Assembly: GCF_006345805.1 (NCBI RefSeq)
Contig: NC_043001.1
Span: 24,118,001-24,182,000, forward strand
Length of the DNA: 64,000 bases
Reading direction: 5' to 3'
From: Octopus sinensis
Taxonomy: Eukaryota
Shown here: positions 40,451 to 54,134 of the stretch, in pieces
How positions within the stretch are numbered: the first letter of the stretch is position 1
Layout: every line of letters begins with the position of its first letter
The notes under the pieces: generated by a model
The model's database searches: none
The model's input: only the letters and a program-made list of their open reading frames with translations
Told to the model about the DNA's origin: nothing
Translations under genes and position numbers: made by a program

Positions 40451-41819
40451 TATATCTATGTATGTATATTACATGGTTGATATTTTCAATTGAGATGTTA
40501 CAACCATATCTCATTGTCCGAGTGCTCCAATTCAACTGTGCTTGTACTTATATTTACTTGATAGCTGACATTTATGATTGATTTCTCCCATTGTCTTGAT
40601 GTGCCATTTTCTATTATTCATAAAACTGCTGGAATTTTTAATGATACAGACATGCTAGTATTAATTATTACACAACATTACTTCTTCTATTTTCTAGTTC
40701 ACATATATTTTCGTATAATTGTCACAAATTTTATCATGAACTTCTTAATAAGATTTAAAATAAAACCTATGTTTGATCATAAGTTTTGTATCCCAGGTCA
40801 AAAGCAATCAAACACTAGACTAGTGTGTTTATATCCCAGTAACTTAGCGGTTCAGCAAAAGTGACCGATAGAATAAGTACTAGACTTACAAAGAATAAGT
40901 CCTGGGGTCGATTTGCTCGACTAAAGGCGGTGCTCCAGCATGGCCGCAGTCACATGACTGAAACAAGACTGAAACAAGGGTAAAAGAGCAAATCATTCTT
41001 TTAAGAGAGCCTAGCATTTGCCAGTTTAGGAACTACTGACCTAGTTGGCTGCGGTCCAGTTGTTCCTGAACCCTATCAGAATACAAAATATTTTACCAAG
41101 GAACAGACAAAGTGAAAATTAGAACAAAAATAACTCCATTTTCATTACACCAATCGAGTAAACTAAATCTCCTGTATCCTCACAGAAGGGTCACAGTCTA
41201 ATAATATCAATTTTATACAGTAGCTAATGTTAAATAGAGGAGTATAAAGTAGGATTGTATTACAAGTCATAAAACACCGAAATCAGTAATCTGTTGTTAG
41301 AAGCTAATGCTTCTAACATAACTGAGTTATCAACATAGCTGATATGATATGAATGAATAATAACACAAAAGAAATTCAAGTCCATTAGATACTTCTCATT
41401 GCTTTTCCACTCGCCTGTTACCTGCGTAAGACATTCTGTTTGATTTATGATGTTATTTTTATTTTGCTGGAGATTTGAAAGAATATTTAAAAAAAAAAAT
41501 ATTTGGTAAGACACGGGTTTTGAAAGTTGATTAGAAATTAATTGCTTAATAAAGAACTGACAAACAGTAGCAAATGAGGAAGCGTCTAGGTGACTATTCA
41601 GTCTGCAAGAAATAGCAATCATATCTCCCTTAAATCGCACACAAATTCTTAAATGAGGAAAGGATGTACTGGGTGGTGTAATCCTAAATATCCTCTTAAA
41701 AGATGGGATGGTTATCATTGAAGTGCTTTTAACCATTGGTCTGCTAGATCAAGATTGACCTGGGGTTAAACAACATTATATATATACATATATACACATA
41801 TTAACATACCATATATATA

Positions 41820-42063
41820 CATGGTTGGCCAAAAGGCACCCGACAGTAAATCAAAATTCCATAAATACTTAATATTCAATTTCATTTATTCATTCCAATT
41901 ATGAATATTTAATAATTGAATGCTGTGAATTAAAATCACCGCTTTCTTTTTTTTTCAACATTTGTCTATTTATTAGTGAAGTCTCATATAAAATAATTTT
42001 TTGTTTTAATCTTGGAATTGAATGGGTTTTGGTTTACTGTCAGGTGACTTTTGGCCAACCCTG
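41820..42063. mobile_element. Tc1/mariner-type MITE
   Basis: About 30-bp TIR CA(T/G)GGTTGGCCAAAAG(G/T)CACC(C/T)GACAGTAAA with TA flanks. Confidence 0.85.
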
Positions 42064-42151
42064 TATAAATATATATATAGTGAAGAGGATTTGAAAATGA
42101 AGCCTGTTCCCTATATATTTTAAATTGTGTGGTACCTTCCAATTTTACTCT

Positions 42152-42202
<51 letters not shown>

Positions 42203-43701
42203 CTTTGTTGGACTTTTGGACTTTACTCATAGGATATTGGAATATTGTATATTTACCATTGTGCCTAAAAAATAGATTTACAACTTCAATATCCATACAT
42301 ATATCACATCTATTTTCTTTCCTCCATCTCACTCTCTATTTTATATCACTTCTAAACTAACTATGACTTAACTATCCTCTCACACCATCTCCGATGAAGG
42401 GATATCATCATCATCATCATCATCATCATTTAGCGTCCGTTTTCCATGCTAGCATGGGTTGGACGGTTCTACTGGGGTCTGTGAAGCCAGAAGGCTTCAT
42501 CAGGCCCAGTCAAATCTGGCAGTGTTTCTACGGCTGGATGCCCTTCCTAACGCCAACCACTCCGTGAGTGTAGTGGGTGCTTTTTACGTGCCACCCGCAC
42601 TGGTGCCAGACAGAGCTGGCAAACGGCCACGAACGGATGGTGCTTTTTATGTGCCACCGGCACGAGGGCCAGGCGAGGCTGGCAACGGACACGAAACGGG
42701 GCGGTCGCGAAACGGAAAGTTCTCTTACATGCCACCGGCACTGGTAACACATCTGCAATTTCCATTGATTGATTTCCATTGATCGATTTCGATTCTGATC
42801 CTCACTTGCCTCAATGGGTCTTCACAAGCAGAGTTTCGACATGCCACCGGCACTGGTAGCACATCCGCAATTTCCATTGATCGATTTCGATTCTGATCCT
42901 CACTTGCCTCAACACGTCTTCACAAGTAGAGTTTTGTGTCCCAAATATCCTAGAAACAGCTGTAAGACCTTCTATCTATAAATGCTCTAATATCTACACA
43001 ACCTTGGTTTTTTTATCTTATTACACAAAAAATTATATAAAACATATCATATATAAACATATCAAGGCAATTCTTGTTAATTTAGCAATGCTGACATGCA
43101 TATAGTACGAAACATGTTTAATGTAAAACAGTAATTTTATTCATTAATATAAAGCTTGCATCATTTCACTATCAAATATCACTTATGGATTATACCATTT
43201 GTATACACAATAGAATCAGAGGATTTATATGAAACCAAGATCTAATTTTGTAATGTTTCACACTATGTCAAAACACCAAGCAAAACTGGGATCCTTTAAG
43301 CAGAGTGTTGATATGACTGCTTACTTACTATATAGTATAACAAGTCAAGTTGGTTATATACATTTTTCTCCTCTGCAGTATCGACAGGAATAGAACAATA
43401 CTATAGCACAGGTTTTTGTTTTGTATTTGTTTTTGTTCTTTTCAAGTTGTTGAGAATACTTGTATTCCAGTGTTCCCATTCTCCAAATTCTACATCTGTC
43501 TGCAGAAAAGAAAAAAGGAATTGATGAAATACCTGCTGAAATAAGTCTATATTAAATCCAAACTAACTCTGTCTTATTCAGCCTCTGCAATTTTCTTTTA
43601 TAGCACCTTTTGCTCTTACACACACACACACACACATTATATATTATATGTATATGCCAGTATGGAAGGTGGACATTAAATGATGCTGCTGCTGTTGTTG
43701 A

Positions 43702-43746
<45 letters not shown>

Positions 43747-44027
43747 ATCATCATCATTTAACGTCCACTTTCCATGCTAGCATGGGTTGGACAATTTTGA
43801 CTGAGGGCTGGCAAACCAGACGGCCGCACCAGACACCAATCTTGATCTGGCAGAGTTTCTACAGCTGGATGCTCTTCCTAATGCCAACCTCTCTGAGAGT
43901 ATAGTGGGTGCTTTTTACATGCCACCGGCATGGGGGCCAATAAGGTGACATTGGTAACGATTACGCTCGAATGGTGCCCTTTTATGTTCCACTGGCACGG
44001 AGCCAGTTGGCTGCTCTGGCAACGATC

Positions 44028-44059
<32 letters not shown>

Positions 44060-44179
44060 TAAATAATGAGGGTAATAAATTGAATATTAATTTAATCAAC
44101 ATTAATATAAAATCAGTAGCCTAGCATATAGAAAAACCTGAAAATTCTGAATTTTACTAAATTTTCAGAATTTTCATCT

Positions 44180-44251
<72 letters not shown>

Positions 44252-44439
44252 ACACTCTGCTGAGTGGTTGGTGTTAGGAAGGGCATCCAATTGTAAAAAT
44301 CCTGCCAAAACAGTCACAGAAGTCTGGTGCAGGCTTCGGCCTGGCTAGCTTTTCTGGTACAATCCCACCCATGATAGCATGGAACATAGACGTTAAATGA
44401 TGATGATGTGCGTGTGTGTGTGTGTTTATTGTTCATCAT

Positions 44440-45280
44440 AGTCCTCCAGGTAATAACAGAGGAATTCAAGACACGCTGCCCCAGGGAGCTCCTGTATGCT
44501 GAGTCACTACCAGACCTAGAGTCAGAGCTAACCTAGCAAAGACCAAAGTCTTACTATGTAGGATGGCAGAGAAATCACAAATTCCTTCTGGTAGATGGCC
44601 CTGCTTGATCTGTAGAAAAGGCATAGGTAGAAACTCCATAAGATATACCTGGTGTAAGCTATGGACACATAATAGGTGCAGCAATATCAAAGGAAGGTTA
44701 ACTGGGAAGATAGTTTGTGCATGTGAGAGATGCGCAGGTACAATAAACACCAAAAATGTACAGAAAACAGATTCCATCACATGCCAGGGGAAAAGCCAGA
44801 AGTAGTTGGTAGCTTTTGATACCTAGGTGACCAAGTCAGTAGTTGGAGTGGATTCTCTGGGAGCTTAGCTGCCACAATAAGAATAGGCTGGGCAAAGTTC
44901 AGAGAGCTCCTACATCTGCCGGTAACAAAGGGTCTCTCACTAAGAGTGAAAGGTAGAATGTATGATGCCTGTGTATGAACAACCATGCTACATGGCAGTA
45001 AAACGTGGGCTGTGACTGCTGAGGACATGCATAGGCTTGAAAGAAATGAAGTGAATATGCTCCACTGATATGGTCATGTTATATGTATGAATGAGGACAG
45101 CTGTGTGAAGAAGTGTCACAACCTAACTGTGGAGGGAGCCTATGGAAGAGGCAGATCCAGTAAGACAGGGCATGAGGTGGTGAAGCACGACCTTCGAACC
45201 TTGGGCCTCACAGGGGCAATGGCAAGTGACCGAGACCTTTGGAGATATGCCGTGCTTGAGAAGACCTGTCAAGCCAAGTG
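44440..45280 (+). mobile_element. RTE-clade LINE 3' fragment (RT with Cys/His-rich insertion), decayed
   Basis: NLAKTKV, WPCLICRKGIGRNSI..CKLWTH.RC, YLGD, WAKFREL, LHGS.TW, GRGRS.KT motifs. Confidence 0.85.
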
Positions 45281-45504
45281 AGGTCATAGTCAGGGCCGAT
45301 GCCAGTGTTGCTTGAATGGCCCATTTAAAAACATCCTCCAATCATTGGGCAATATGCCATGCTTGTGAAGACCTGTTGAACTGAGTGAAATCAATATTGT
45401 GGCTGACGCCAGTGCTGGTATCATGTAAAAAGTACCATTCAAGCGTGGCCAATGCCAGTGCCACCTGACTGGCACCTGTGCTGATATCATACAAAAAGTA
45501 CTCT

Positions 45505-46140
45505 GAAAGGATGAAAGGCAAACTCGACCTCGGCAGAATTTGAACTCAGAACATAGCAATGAGCAAAATACCACTAAACATTTTTCCTGGCATGCAAACA
45601 ATTCTGCCAAGTTGCTGCCTTCCTTGATAACAATAATTGTAACAACAATAATAATAGTAAACTTTTCTACTATAGGCACAAGGCCAGAAATTTAGGGGAG
45701 AGGGTATATTGATTACATCAACCCCAATGCAGAACTGGTACTTATTTCATTGACCCCGAAAGGATGAAAGCCAAAGTTGACCTCGGCGGAATTTGAACTC
45801 AGAATGTAAGGACAGATGAAATGCTACTAAGCATTTAGCCTGGTATGCTAATGATTCTGTCAGTTTGCCATTTTCCTTGATAATAATGATAACAACAACA
45901 ACAACAACAACAATAATAATAATCTTTTCTACTGAAACCAAAAGGCTTCAAATTTGAGGGAAGGGATTAAGCCGATTACATCGACCCCAGTGCATAACTG
46001 GTACTTATTTAATCAACCCCGACAGGATGGAAGACAAAGCTGACCTTGGCGGAATTTGAACTCAGGACATAGCGATGGGTGAAATACCGCTAAGCATTTC
46101 TTCCAATGTGCTAATGATTCTGCCAGCTTGCCATTTTCCT
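45505..46140 (-). mobile_element. Three older family B SINEs separated by (AAT/AAC)n
   Basis: Three gacctcggc.gaatttgaactcag-type units. Confidence 0.75.
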
Positions 46141-46518
46141 TGATAATAATAACAATGATAATAATAATAATAATAATAACAATAATAATAATAATAATAA
46201 TAGTAGTAGTAATTTGTTTTATTTCTTTTTTAACAAACCCTTCTAGGCACGTCACACCTATGCAAGACACTTTTGATTTAATAACACAACTCACATTCTA
46301 CACAATTGTCACCTAATAATATAATACAGCCTACACAATCCACAAACTGCATACGTTACACACCCAACACAAAAACACGATACACAATAAGCATCCACCA
46401 AAAATAACACAACTAATGCACAGAATACTCACTACAAACAAATGAAATGAAACACTCAACGCAAGAAATAATAAACTCTACCACAGCAAAGATACAATAT
46501 ACAAACACAATAAGACAG

Positions 46519-47310
46519 CAGGCTGGCAGAAATGTTAGCACACCGGGTGAAATGCTTAGCGGTATTTCGTCTGCCGCTACATTCTGAGTTCAAATTTCGC
46601 CGAGGTCGACTTTGCCTTTCATCGTTTCGAGGTCGATTAAATAAGTACCACTTACGCACTGGGGTCGATGTAATCAACTTAATCCGTTTGTCTGTCCGTG
46701 TTTGTCCCCTCTGTGTTTAGCCCCTTGTGGGTAGTAAAGAAATAGGTATTTCATCTGCCGTTACGTTGAGTTCCGAGTTCAAATTCTGCTGAGGTTGACT
46801 TTGCCTTTTATCCTTTCAGGGTCGATTAAATAAGTACCAATTACGCGCTGGAGTTGATATAATTGACTTTATCCGTTTGTCTGTTCGTGTTTGTCCCCTC
46901 TGTGTTTAGCCCCTTGTGGGTAGTAAAGAAATAGGTATTTCACCTGTTGCTACATTCTGAGTTCAAATTCCGCTGAGGTCGACTTTGCCTTTATCCGTTT
47001 GTCTGTCCTTGTTTGTCCCCTTTGTGTTTAGCCCCTTGTGGGTAGTAAAGAAATAGGTAATTTGTCTGCCGTTACGTTGAGTTCCGAGTTCAAATTCTGC
47101 CGAGGTTGATTTTGCCTTTTATCCTTTCGGGTTCGATTAAATAAGTACCAGTTACGCACTGGGGTCGATATAATCAACTTAATCCATTTGTCTGTCCTTG
47201 TTTGTCCCGTCTGTGTTTAGCCCCTTGAGGGTAGTAAAGAAATAGGTATATTGTCTGCCGCTATGTTCTGAGTTCAAATTCCGCCGAGGTCGCCTTTGCT
47301 TTTCATCTTT
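46519..47310 (+). repeat. SINE family B multimer: one head followed by about five internal units
   Basis: Junction aaagaaata|ggta recurs at about 46744, 46933, 47054, 47244. Confidence 0.9.
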
Positions 47311-47394
47311 CAGTTGACCATGGCAGAATTTGAAGTCGATTAATGCGGCTAAGCATTTTGCCCTACACATTAATGATTCTTCCAGCTCAGGGCC

Positions 47395-47397
<3 letters not shown>

Positions 47398-47460
<63 letters not shown>

Positions 47461-47469
47461 GTAGTAATA

Positions 47470-47512
<43 letters not shown>

Positions 47513-47578
47513 TAATAATAGCAATAATAATAATAGTAATAATAATAGTAATAATTATAATAATGATAATAATAATAA
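47398..47578. repeat. (AAT)n microsatellite
   Basis: Direct reading. Confidence 0.95.
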
Positions 47579-48140
47579 TGTGCCCTGATGCAGTACCAGG
47601 CAGTGGCTCTCATGGCTTCTGATCTTAACTGATTGGAAGTGTTATCATGTACATAGTTTTGTTTTGGTATAAAAGATGGGCTACAGCAAATATTCTGCTC
47701 AATACCACTGATTTGCTTGTCAGTTGTTTGACCGTAACCAGTTGAGCATGTCCCTTAGTGGCTGACGATATGTGCATCTCTGATCACGGGCAGAAGTAGT
47801 GAGGAAGCATCATAGCCATGTGTTGAGAGGGATTCTTTGTGATTTGAATAATTCACTTCCGGAAACATGGGTTTTTTCTTTCGACATCTTTAAACAACCT
47901 TTATTTAGGGACCATTTGAGCAGGATGGGCTACTTGGATTGAAGTAAATTATAACTGGGTCCCACCTGCAAGGTCATGTGCTGTTTCTATCTCGGTATGA
48001 GATCACCATGTTGTGCAAATGTGGTTGTGATGCATGTGCCAGGTGTACCCTTATCAGATGGGTAGTTATGATGGGTATATTGGGCTTTGTGTACTTGTAT
48101 CCCAGTGTCATTTTGACATGTGCTGCTCTTCCACTCAATA
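47578..48140 (-). mobile_element. Family E repeat within (AAT)n
   Basis: Inverted homolog of 2318-2790. Confidence 0.75.
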
Positions 48141-48159
48141 ATAATGATAATAATGGTTT

Positions 48160-48585
48160 CTTTATTAACCACTAGTATTGATAAAAAAGATTGAGGGTAT
48201 TACGGAATGGTACAGGACAATATGGTGTGGAATTACATAAATAAAATGTAAAAACAAAATTAACAAAAATTCAAAGAAAGTTCCTCTTAAGTGAGGTACC
48301 TCTGAGAATTACTCATAGAAACCTTCATAACAACCACGGTCACACTGACCCTTAAGGAAAGTGCCCTCATCCAGTTGTCCTCCTCCAATCCGCAGGAACA
48401 TGCTTAGAGCAGGCTCCTTCACTCAGTCCAAGCTGGTTACTATCATGCATCTTTCAAAATGCTTTTCCATGTGACAGCATTTTCTTAATTTTCCTTTTCA
48501 AGAGAATCCTTAAATTATTGATGAAGGCTTGACCAAAGACGAAAGTGTCTGCTTTTAGCTCTTTCAATCTTGTCCACCACACAAC
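48160..48585 (-). mobile_element. Possible L1/Tx1-type LINE 3' end, decayed
   Basis: VVWWTRLK...GQAFIN...LKRKI resembles the Tx1 ORF2 C-terminus (W..R motif). Confidence 0.35.
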
Positions 48586-49230
48586 CATATGTGTATGTAC
48601 CACTGTATCAATTAAACTATCGAATGTTGTTATACATCACTGGTCAGAATGCACTTCCCCTAATCATTGTAGCTTTTGAATGATGCTGCTCTGCTGGCTA
48701 GCCAGAACAGGCCAACATTTCCCGGAATGGAATGCCAGTCTGTTATAGTGGCACCCATTTACAGCTGAGTGGAATGGGGCAACATGAAATGAAGTGTTTT
48801 GCTCAAGAACACAATACACTACTTGACTGGGAATTGAAACCACATTTGGTGATTGTGAGCATGACATTCTAACTACTAGGCCACATGCTTTTATATCATC
48901 ATCATCATCATTTAACATCTGTTCTCGATGCTGTCATGGGTTGGATGGTTTGACCAGGGCTGATAAGTTGAGGGGCTGCACCAGACTCCAGTCTGATTTG
49001 GCCTGGCTTCTATGGCTGGATGTCCTTCCTAACACCAACCACTGTGGGAGTGTAATGGATGCTTTTATGTGCCACTTGCACGGGTAGCAGTTGTGTGACA
49101 CCAGCATCAGTCACGACTACAATTTTGCTTCACTTGATGGATCTTCCTTCTCAAGCACAGCATATTGCCAAAGGTCTCAGTCATTTGGCATTGTCTCCAT
49201 GAAGCACAGCGCTTGAATGTTGCTAGTTAG

Positions 49231-49284
<54 letters not shown>

Positions 49285-49303
49285 ACACACACACACACAC
49301 ATA

Positions 49304-49443
<140 letters not shown>

Positions 49444-49504
49444 TTGTAAAAAATGAAGTTCGAAAATGCTGCTGTATTATACAAGTTTTAATTTTTATAT
49501 ATAT

Positions 49505-49552
49505 ACATTATAACATGTTTCAGTTCCTGAAATGAACTTTATCAAAAAAAGT
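49505..49552 (-). ncRNA. HHR-like motif at the 3' end of the PLE (U3-A8 core)
   Basis: UUGAUAA-agttc/gaact-GAAA-cat-GUU; stem I unclear. Confidence 0.45.
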
Positions 49553-49925
49553 TATATATAAAAAAAGACAGCTCATGCCGTCAAACACAAGAAATTCATT
49601 TATAATACACAACGGAGTCAGACATCTTAGAGTTCATGTATAATTGATATATAGTTCATGTATAGTTGATATATAGTTTGAAGTATATGTTCAAAGTGTT
49701 CGATGCAGTGGCCCACGGTGGCGATACGTATTCAATACAAAAAACAGATCAAAGTGGTGGAAAGCGGTCAATACAGAAGATTGATGTTTCCGAAAGAGCG
49801 AGGAATTCATTTTTACCTTAAGCAAATGTGATGACCCATGGTGGATGCTCGCTGGGTGGTTCTAATGAGTTTTTGTGAAGTGTTCGGTTTTATAATGCCT
49901 GTTAGGTGGTCAATTCAGCGTAGTG

Positions 49926-50342
49926 TGACGTCATCAACGTTTCGACCAATCGTTTCGTTAGGTGGCTTTAACGGGACGTCATCATTATTTTGACCAATCG
50001 CTGCATTATAACTTCCTCTTGTTTGTTTTCCTGTTTTGACCAGTCGCTTCGTTAGTCAAGTAGAACGGGACGTCATCATTATTTTGACCAATCGCTGCAT
50101 TATAACTGCCTCTTGTTTGTTTCCTGTCCTGACCAGTCGCTTCGTTAGTCAAGCAGAACGGGACGTCATGCAGATTCTGCCCAATCACGACTTATAGCTA
50201 CATTAGATCTGCCCCCTGTCTGTACTTGTTAGGTGACTATTCAAGCAGAAAAGGACGTCATCAATATTCTGACTAATGACTGTCCCCTGTTTGTATCCTG
50301 TCCATTCTAGCTGAGCTAGACGTCATCAACTTGTTGACCAAT
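49926..50342. promoter_or_regulatory. Six CRE-like GACGTCA-N12-CCAAT modules in the PLE 3' region
   Basis: Counted spacers are all 12 nt; five CCAAT and one CTAAT. Confidence 0.55.
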
Positions 50343-50513
50343 CAGAATCGGGTCTGACCCTTAGCTGTATCGTATGTATCAGGGTCAGATTTGCACGAAA
50401 GAATTTTTTCCCTTTTTTTTACTTGGGTATATTTCCGTCAGAGTGAGTGTCTGTTTGAAGTAGCGGTCGTGGTGAAATTTTGCTTCTCCTTTTCGGAGGA
50501 CTTATCTTTTGTT

Positions 50514-51706
50514 TTAGTATTCCTGGCCCAGGGTGTTTAAACTTGGTCTAAATTTTTTTATGAAATATAGTTCTTTATTTTGGCGTTGTGTGAAGGTTGC
50601 GTTGTCACTGAATTTATAGAGCGGGTTAGTTGTAAATTTCGGATTTACATTTCCAGCACATCTATCTATGTGTCCGCTGACCGGTATTTTCCGGTATTCA
50701 GGGTTTCTAATTTGTGATTTATGCACCGCCATCCTGTTACGTAAGCTATTTTTTGTATGGCCTATATACTGCCTATTGCAGCCTGCGCATGTTATGACGT
50801 AAATTAAGTTTTCTGATGCACAGGTGAAGTTTGTTCTAATGGTGAACTGGTGGCCTTGTTCCAGTATAATTCTGATCCTTCTTTCAAGATGACACAGATT
50901 CCGCAGTTGGGCCTTCCACATTTTCTAACTGCTGGTTTTGTGGTTGATGTTGAGTGCAGTGTAGCTTGGGTTAAGATCCTTTTCAAGGATTTTGGTTGCC
51001 GTTTACTTTTAATGATGGTGTGTGTTTCGAGGATCCGGTTCATCTTTGGGTCTCCCTTTAGTAGGGCTGTGCTTTGTAGTATGGTGTTGAAGGCCTCATT
51101 GTTGAGTGGGTTGTGTGTAGAAATGTAGGGAAGGGTTTTTAATTGTTCTTTCTTTTTTGGTTTTGTTTGTCTCAGGTCTTCTATACTTAATTTAAGTACC
51201 CGTTGGATTGCACTGTCTATTAGGGGCTGTGGATAGTTTCTATTTGTGAGTGTGGTTCTAAGTTCCTGGAGACGTGTGTGTCGGGTGTTTGTGTCTGATA
51301 TTATGGTGCAAATCCTTCTAGCTAAACAAAAAGGGACATTCATTCTAGTGTGTCATGGGTGGCATGAATCAAAGGGTAGGTACTGTTTAGAGTCTGTCGG
51401 TTTATAGTAGATATCTGTCTCTATTTTGTTGCCGGTTTTCTTAATGAGGATGTCTAAAAATGGTAATTCTTTTTCGTTGTGGTCCATCGTGAATTGTATA
51501 TTGTCATTTATTCCATTTAATAGTATTTTAAATTCCTCAAGTTTCTCTATACCTTTGTCCCAGATGATGAAACAGTCATCGAGGTATCTTTTCCAGTTGT
51601 TATGGATATAGGTGGCGAAGGTGTTTCCATATTTCTCGAGTGTCATCCGGTATAGAATTTTCTCGAGGTATCCCATCACTAGGTTGGCAAAAGATGGTGC
51701 AGTACG

Positions 51707-51709
<3 letters not shown>
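50514..51709 (-). pseudogene. PLE RT/GIY-YIG polyprotein remnant
   Basis: One in-frame TGA at 51353-51355 and one frameshift near 50865 separate the three ORF-track segments. Confidence 0.9.
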
Positions 51710-51750
<41 letters not shown>

Positions 51751-52339
51751 GATCACCATGTTGATTCGCTAGCTTCTGCACGCATTTTTTTTCTCTCCTT
51801 GTTTCTCTCCGTGTTTCTTTTCTGTGTATCTTTCTGTTGAAGAGCGTAGGCTCAAAACGTAAAAGACTTGTTTTATTTATATTCCTGAGCGCCATACTAA
51901 TACAATTGTTTGTTTGTATTCCACCTGCCCTCGTCTTTTGTTTATTTTCATAAAGCTTCCCATTATATATATATATAAATACATAAGCACAGGAGCAGGA
52001 GTGGCTGTGTGGTAAGTAGCTTGCTTACCAACCACATGTGGGTTCATTCCCACTGCATGGCACCTTGGGCAAGTTTCTTCTACTATAATCTCAGGCCAAC
52101 CAAAGCCTTGTGAGTAGATTTGGTAGACGGAAACTGAAAGAAGCCTTTCGTATATATGTATATATATGTGTGTATGTATGTGTGTGTATATGTTTGTGTG
52201 TCTGTGTTAAATTGAACTTGGAAACATGTGGTTTCAATATAAACCTTTAACCATACAGCCATGTCTGCCTACCCTGTTCAATGAATGGAAGTTGATTGTA
52301 GGTCCCTTAATTCCTAAGCAGTAAGGGAACCATTATATA

Positions 52340-52570
52340 TTTCTTTACTACCCACAAGGGCCTAAACACAGAGGGGACAAACAAGGACAGACAAACAGAT
52401 TAAGTCGATTACATCGACCCCAGTGCGTAACTGGTACTTAATTTATCGACCCCGAAAGGATGAAAGGCAAAGTCGACCTCGGTGGAATTTGAACCCAGAA
52501 TGTAACGGCAGACGAAATACGGCTATGCATTTCGCCCGGCGTGCTAATGTTTCTGCCAGTTCGCCGCCTT
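52340..52570 (-). mobile_element. SINE family B
   Basis: Match to family B. Confidence 0.85.
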
Positions 52571-53683
52571 TAAGGGAACAATTATAGTTAACCAATCCCT
52601 TCCAATCCTGGCTCCGAATTAAACTGTAGAGTCAGTCTTTTGCTTGATTACAGTTACAGACTATCAAAAATTGTATTTGTTGCTCAATTTACTTATACTT
52701 AACTCAATAGAATTCACTGAAGAAGAGGAAAACCAGCGAAAACAAAAAGAGAAAACTAACAACAACAGCAACAACCTTAGTGGCAACAACAACAACAACA
52801 ACAACAACAACAGCAGCTACAACAATAGGCAAAACTACAATGGGCTAACATGAAAGATGGTTTCTCTTGATTCCAGCTTAGTTATAACAGATGAGATTAT
52901 ATTAAATGGTAGAGCCAGAGGCTCGAAATAGCTGAGATAGGAAGTAGCAATGTTCTGCGTAATGGTTAATCATATACCAACTTATTTCCATCTTTCCTTC
53001 TATTCTTTCCACGGATGCTATTATTATTATTATTATTGTTATTGATGCTACTATTGTTACAGTTGTCATCATTATCATTACTATTATTATTATTATTATT
53101 ATTATCATTATTTTTATTTTTATTATTGCTATTGTTGTTGTCGTAGTTGTTGTTATCATTATTATTGTTATATCTGTTACAAAGAAAGAAACAATATTCT
53201 CTATTTGCCGCAGGTAACTGAAGTACTTGCTCATTTCTTCCCTCGTGTTGCCTTTTGTTTATTTTCTGATTTATTTTTTTTATATATTCATTTTCTTTTG
53301 TTGAAATACCTGTTTATGTTAGTAAAATTATCTCTTGCTTAATTTTCTGTACATATACAACAATGTTAATGCACGATGTTAAGCTGTCTGCTATTCTACC
53401 AGTTCATACAGATTCATTTTCAAGAATTCCCACAGCTTCCACTTGCACTTCCACAAGATCTATTCTATATTCCATGTGCCGTCTTCCTAAAAATTAACAA
53501 TTAATTCAAGAGTGCATCATAACATCAACATAAAATTCAATAAAGGACAACTGATAGGAAACCACCACCACCAACACCACCACAGTAGAAAGGGAGGCAG
53601 CTTTATGCTTGAAGATTAGGGGTTAAACTATAAGAGGAAAGGGCTGCAGCAGAACAGGTTTCCTGGTGTAGAGGAGCTAAATG

Positions 53684-54105
53684 CAGCACTGGATTACAAC
53701 CCATCAGGGCCCTAAGCACTTAAAAAATTTTGGTGCCCCCATAAAAGATTATGTAATCCAAAATATAAACAATAACAAACCATAAAATATAATTTTATTT
53801 TTCAAAACAAAACAAAACAGTAAGAGTGAAAATAATGTTTATTTTTGTATACTTCCACTTTATTTATATTTGAAAAGTTTCCTCCTACTTTTTGAGTTGC
53901 AAAGTCTTTGATCAGATCCTCAAAATTAATCTTAGGTAACACATCTGCATCTATACTTAGAGACAAAGGCATCCCGATTATTATTTTAGCAAGTTTAAAG
54001 TGATTTCTTTTGTGCCATAAACCATTTACCATTTCTGTGGTGCCCTCTCTTTCCCTTGATGCCCTAAGCATGTGCATATTTTGCTTAATGGTTAATCCAA
54101 TGCTG
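53684..54105 (-). mobile_element. hAT deletion derivative (MITE)
   Basis: TIR CAGCAYTGGATTA; 8-bp TSD gctaaatg/gctacatg; transposase C-terminal remnant LSIDADVL.KINFEDLIKDFA.QK. Confidence 0.85.
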
Positions 54106-54134
54106 GCTACATGACCACTCACTTTATACCGGTT

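Noticed and set aside
43404-43499. GEWEHWNT as a dynein heavy-chain exon
   Set aside because: Short match, the frame soon stops, and no other dynein exons are present
46519-47310. CRISPR-like array
   Set aside because: Units are whole SINE segments without unique spacers, in a eukaryotic context
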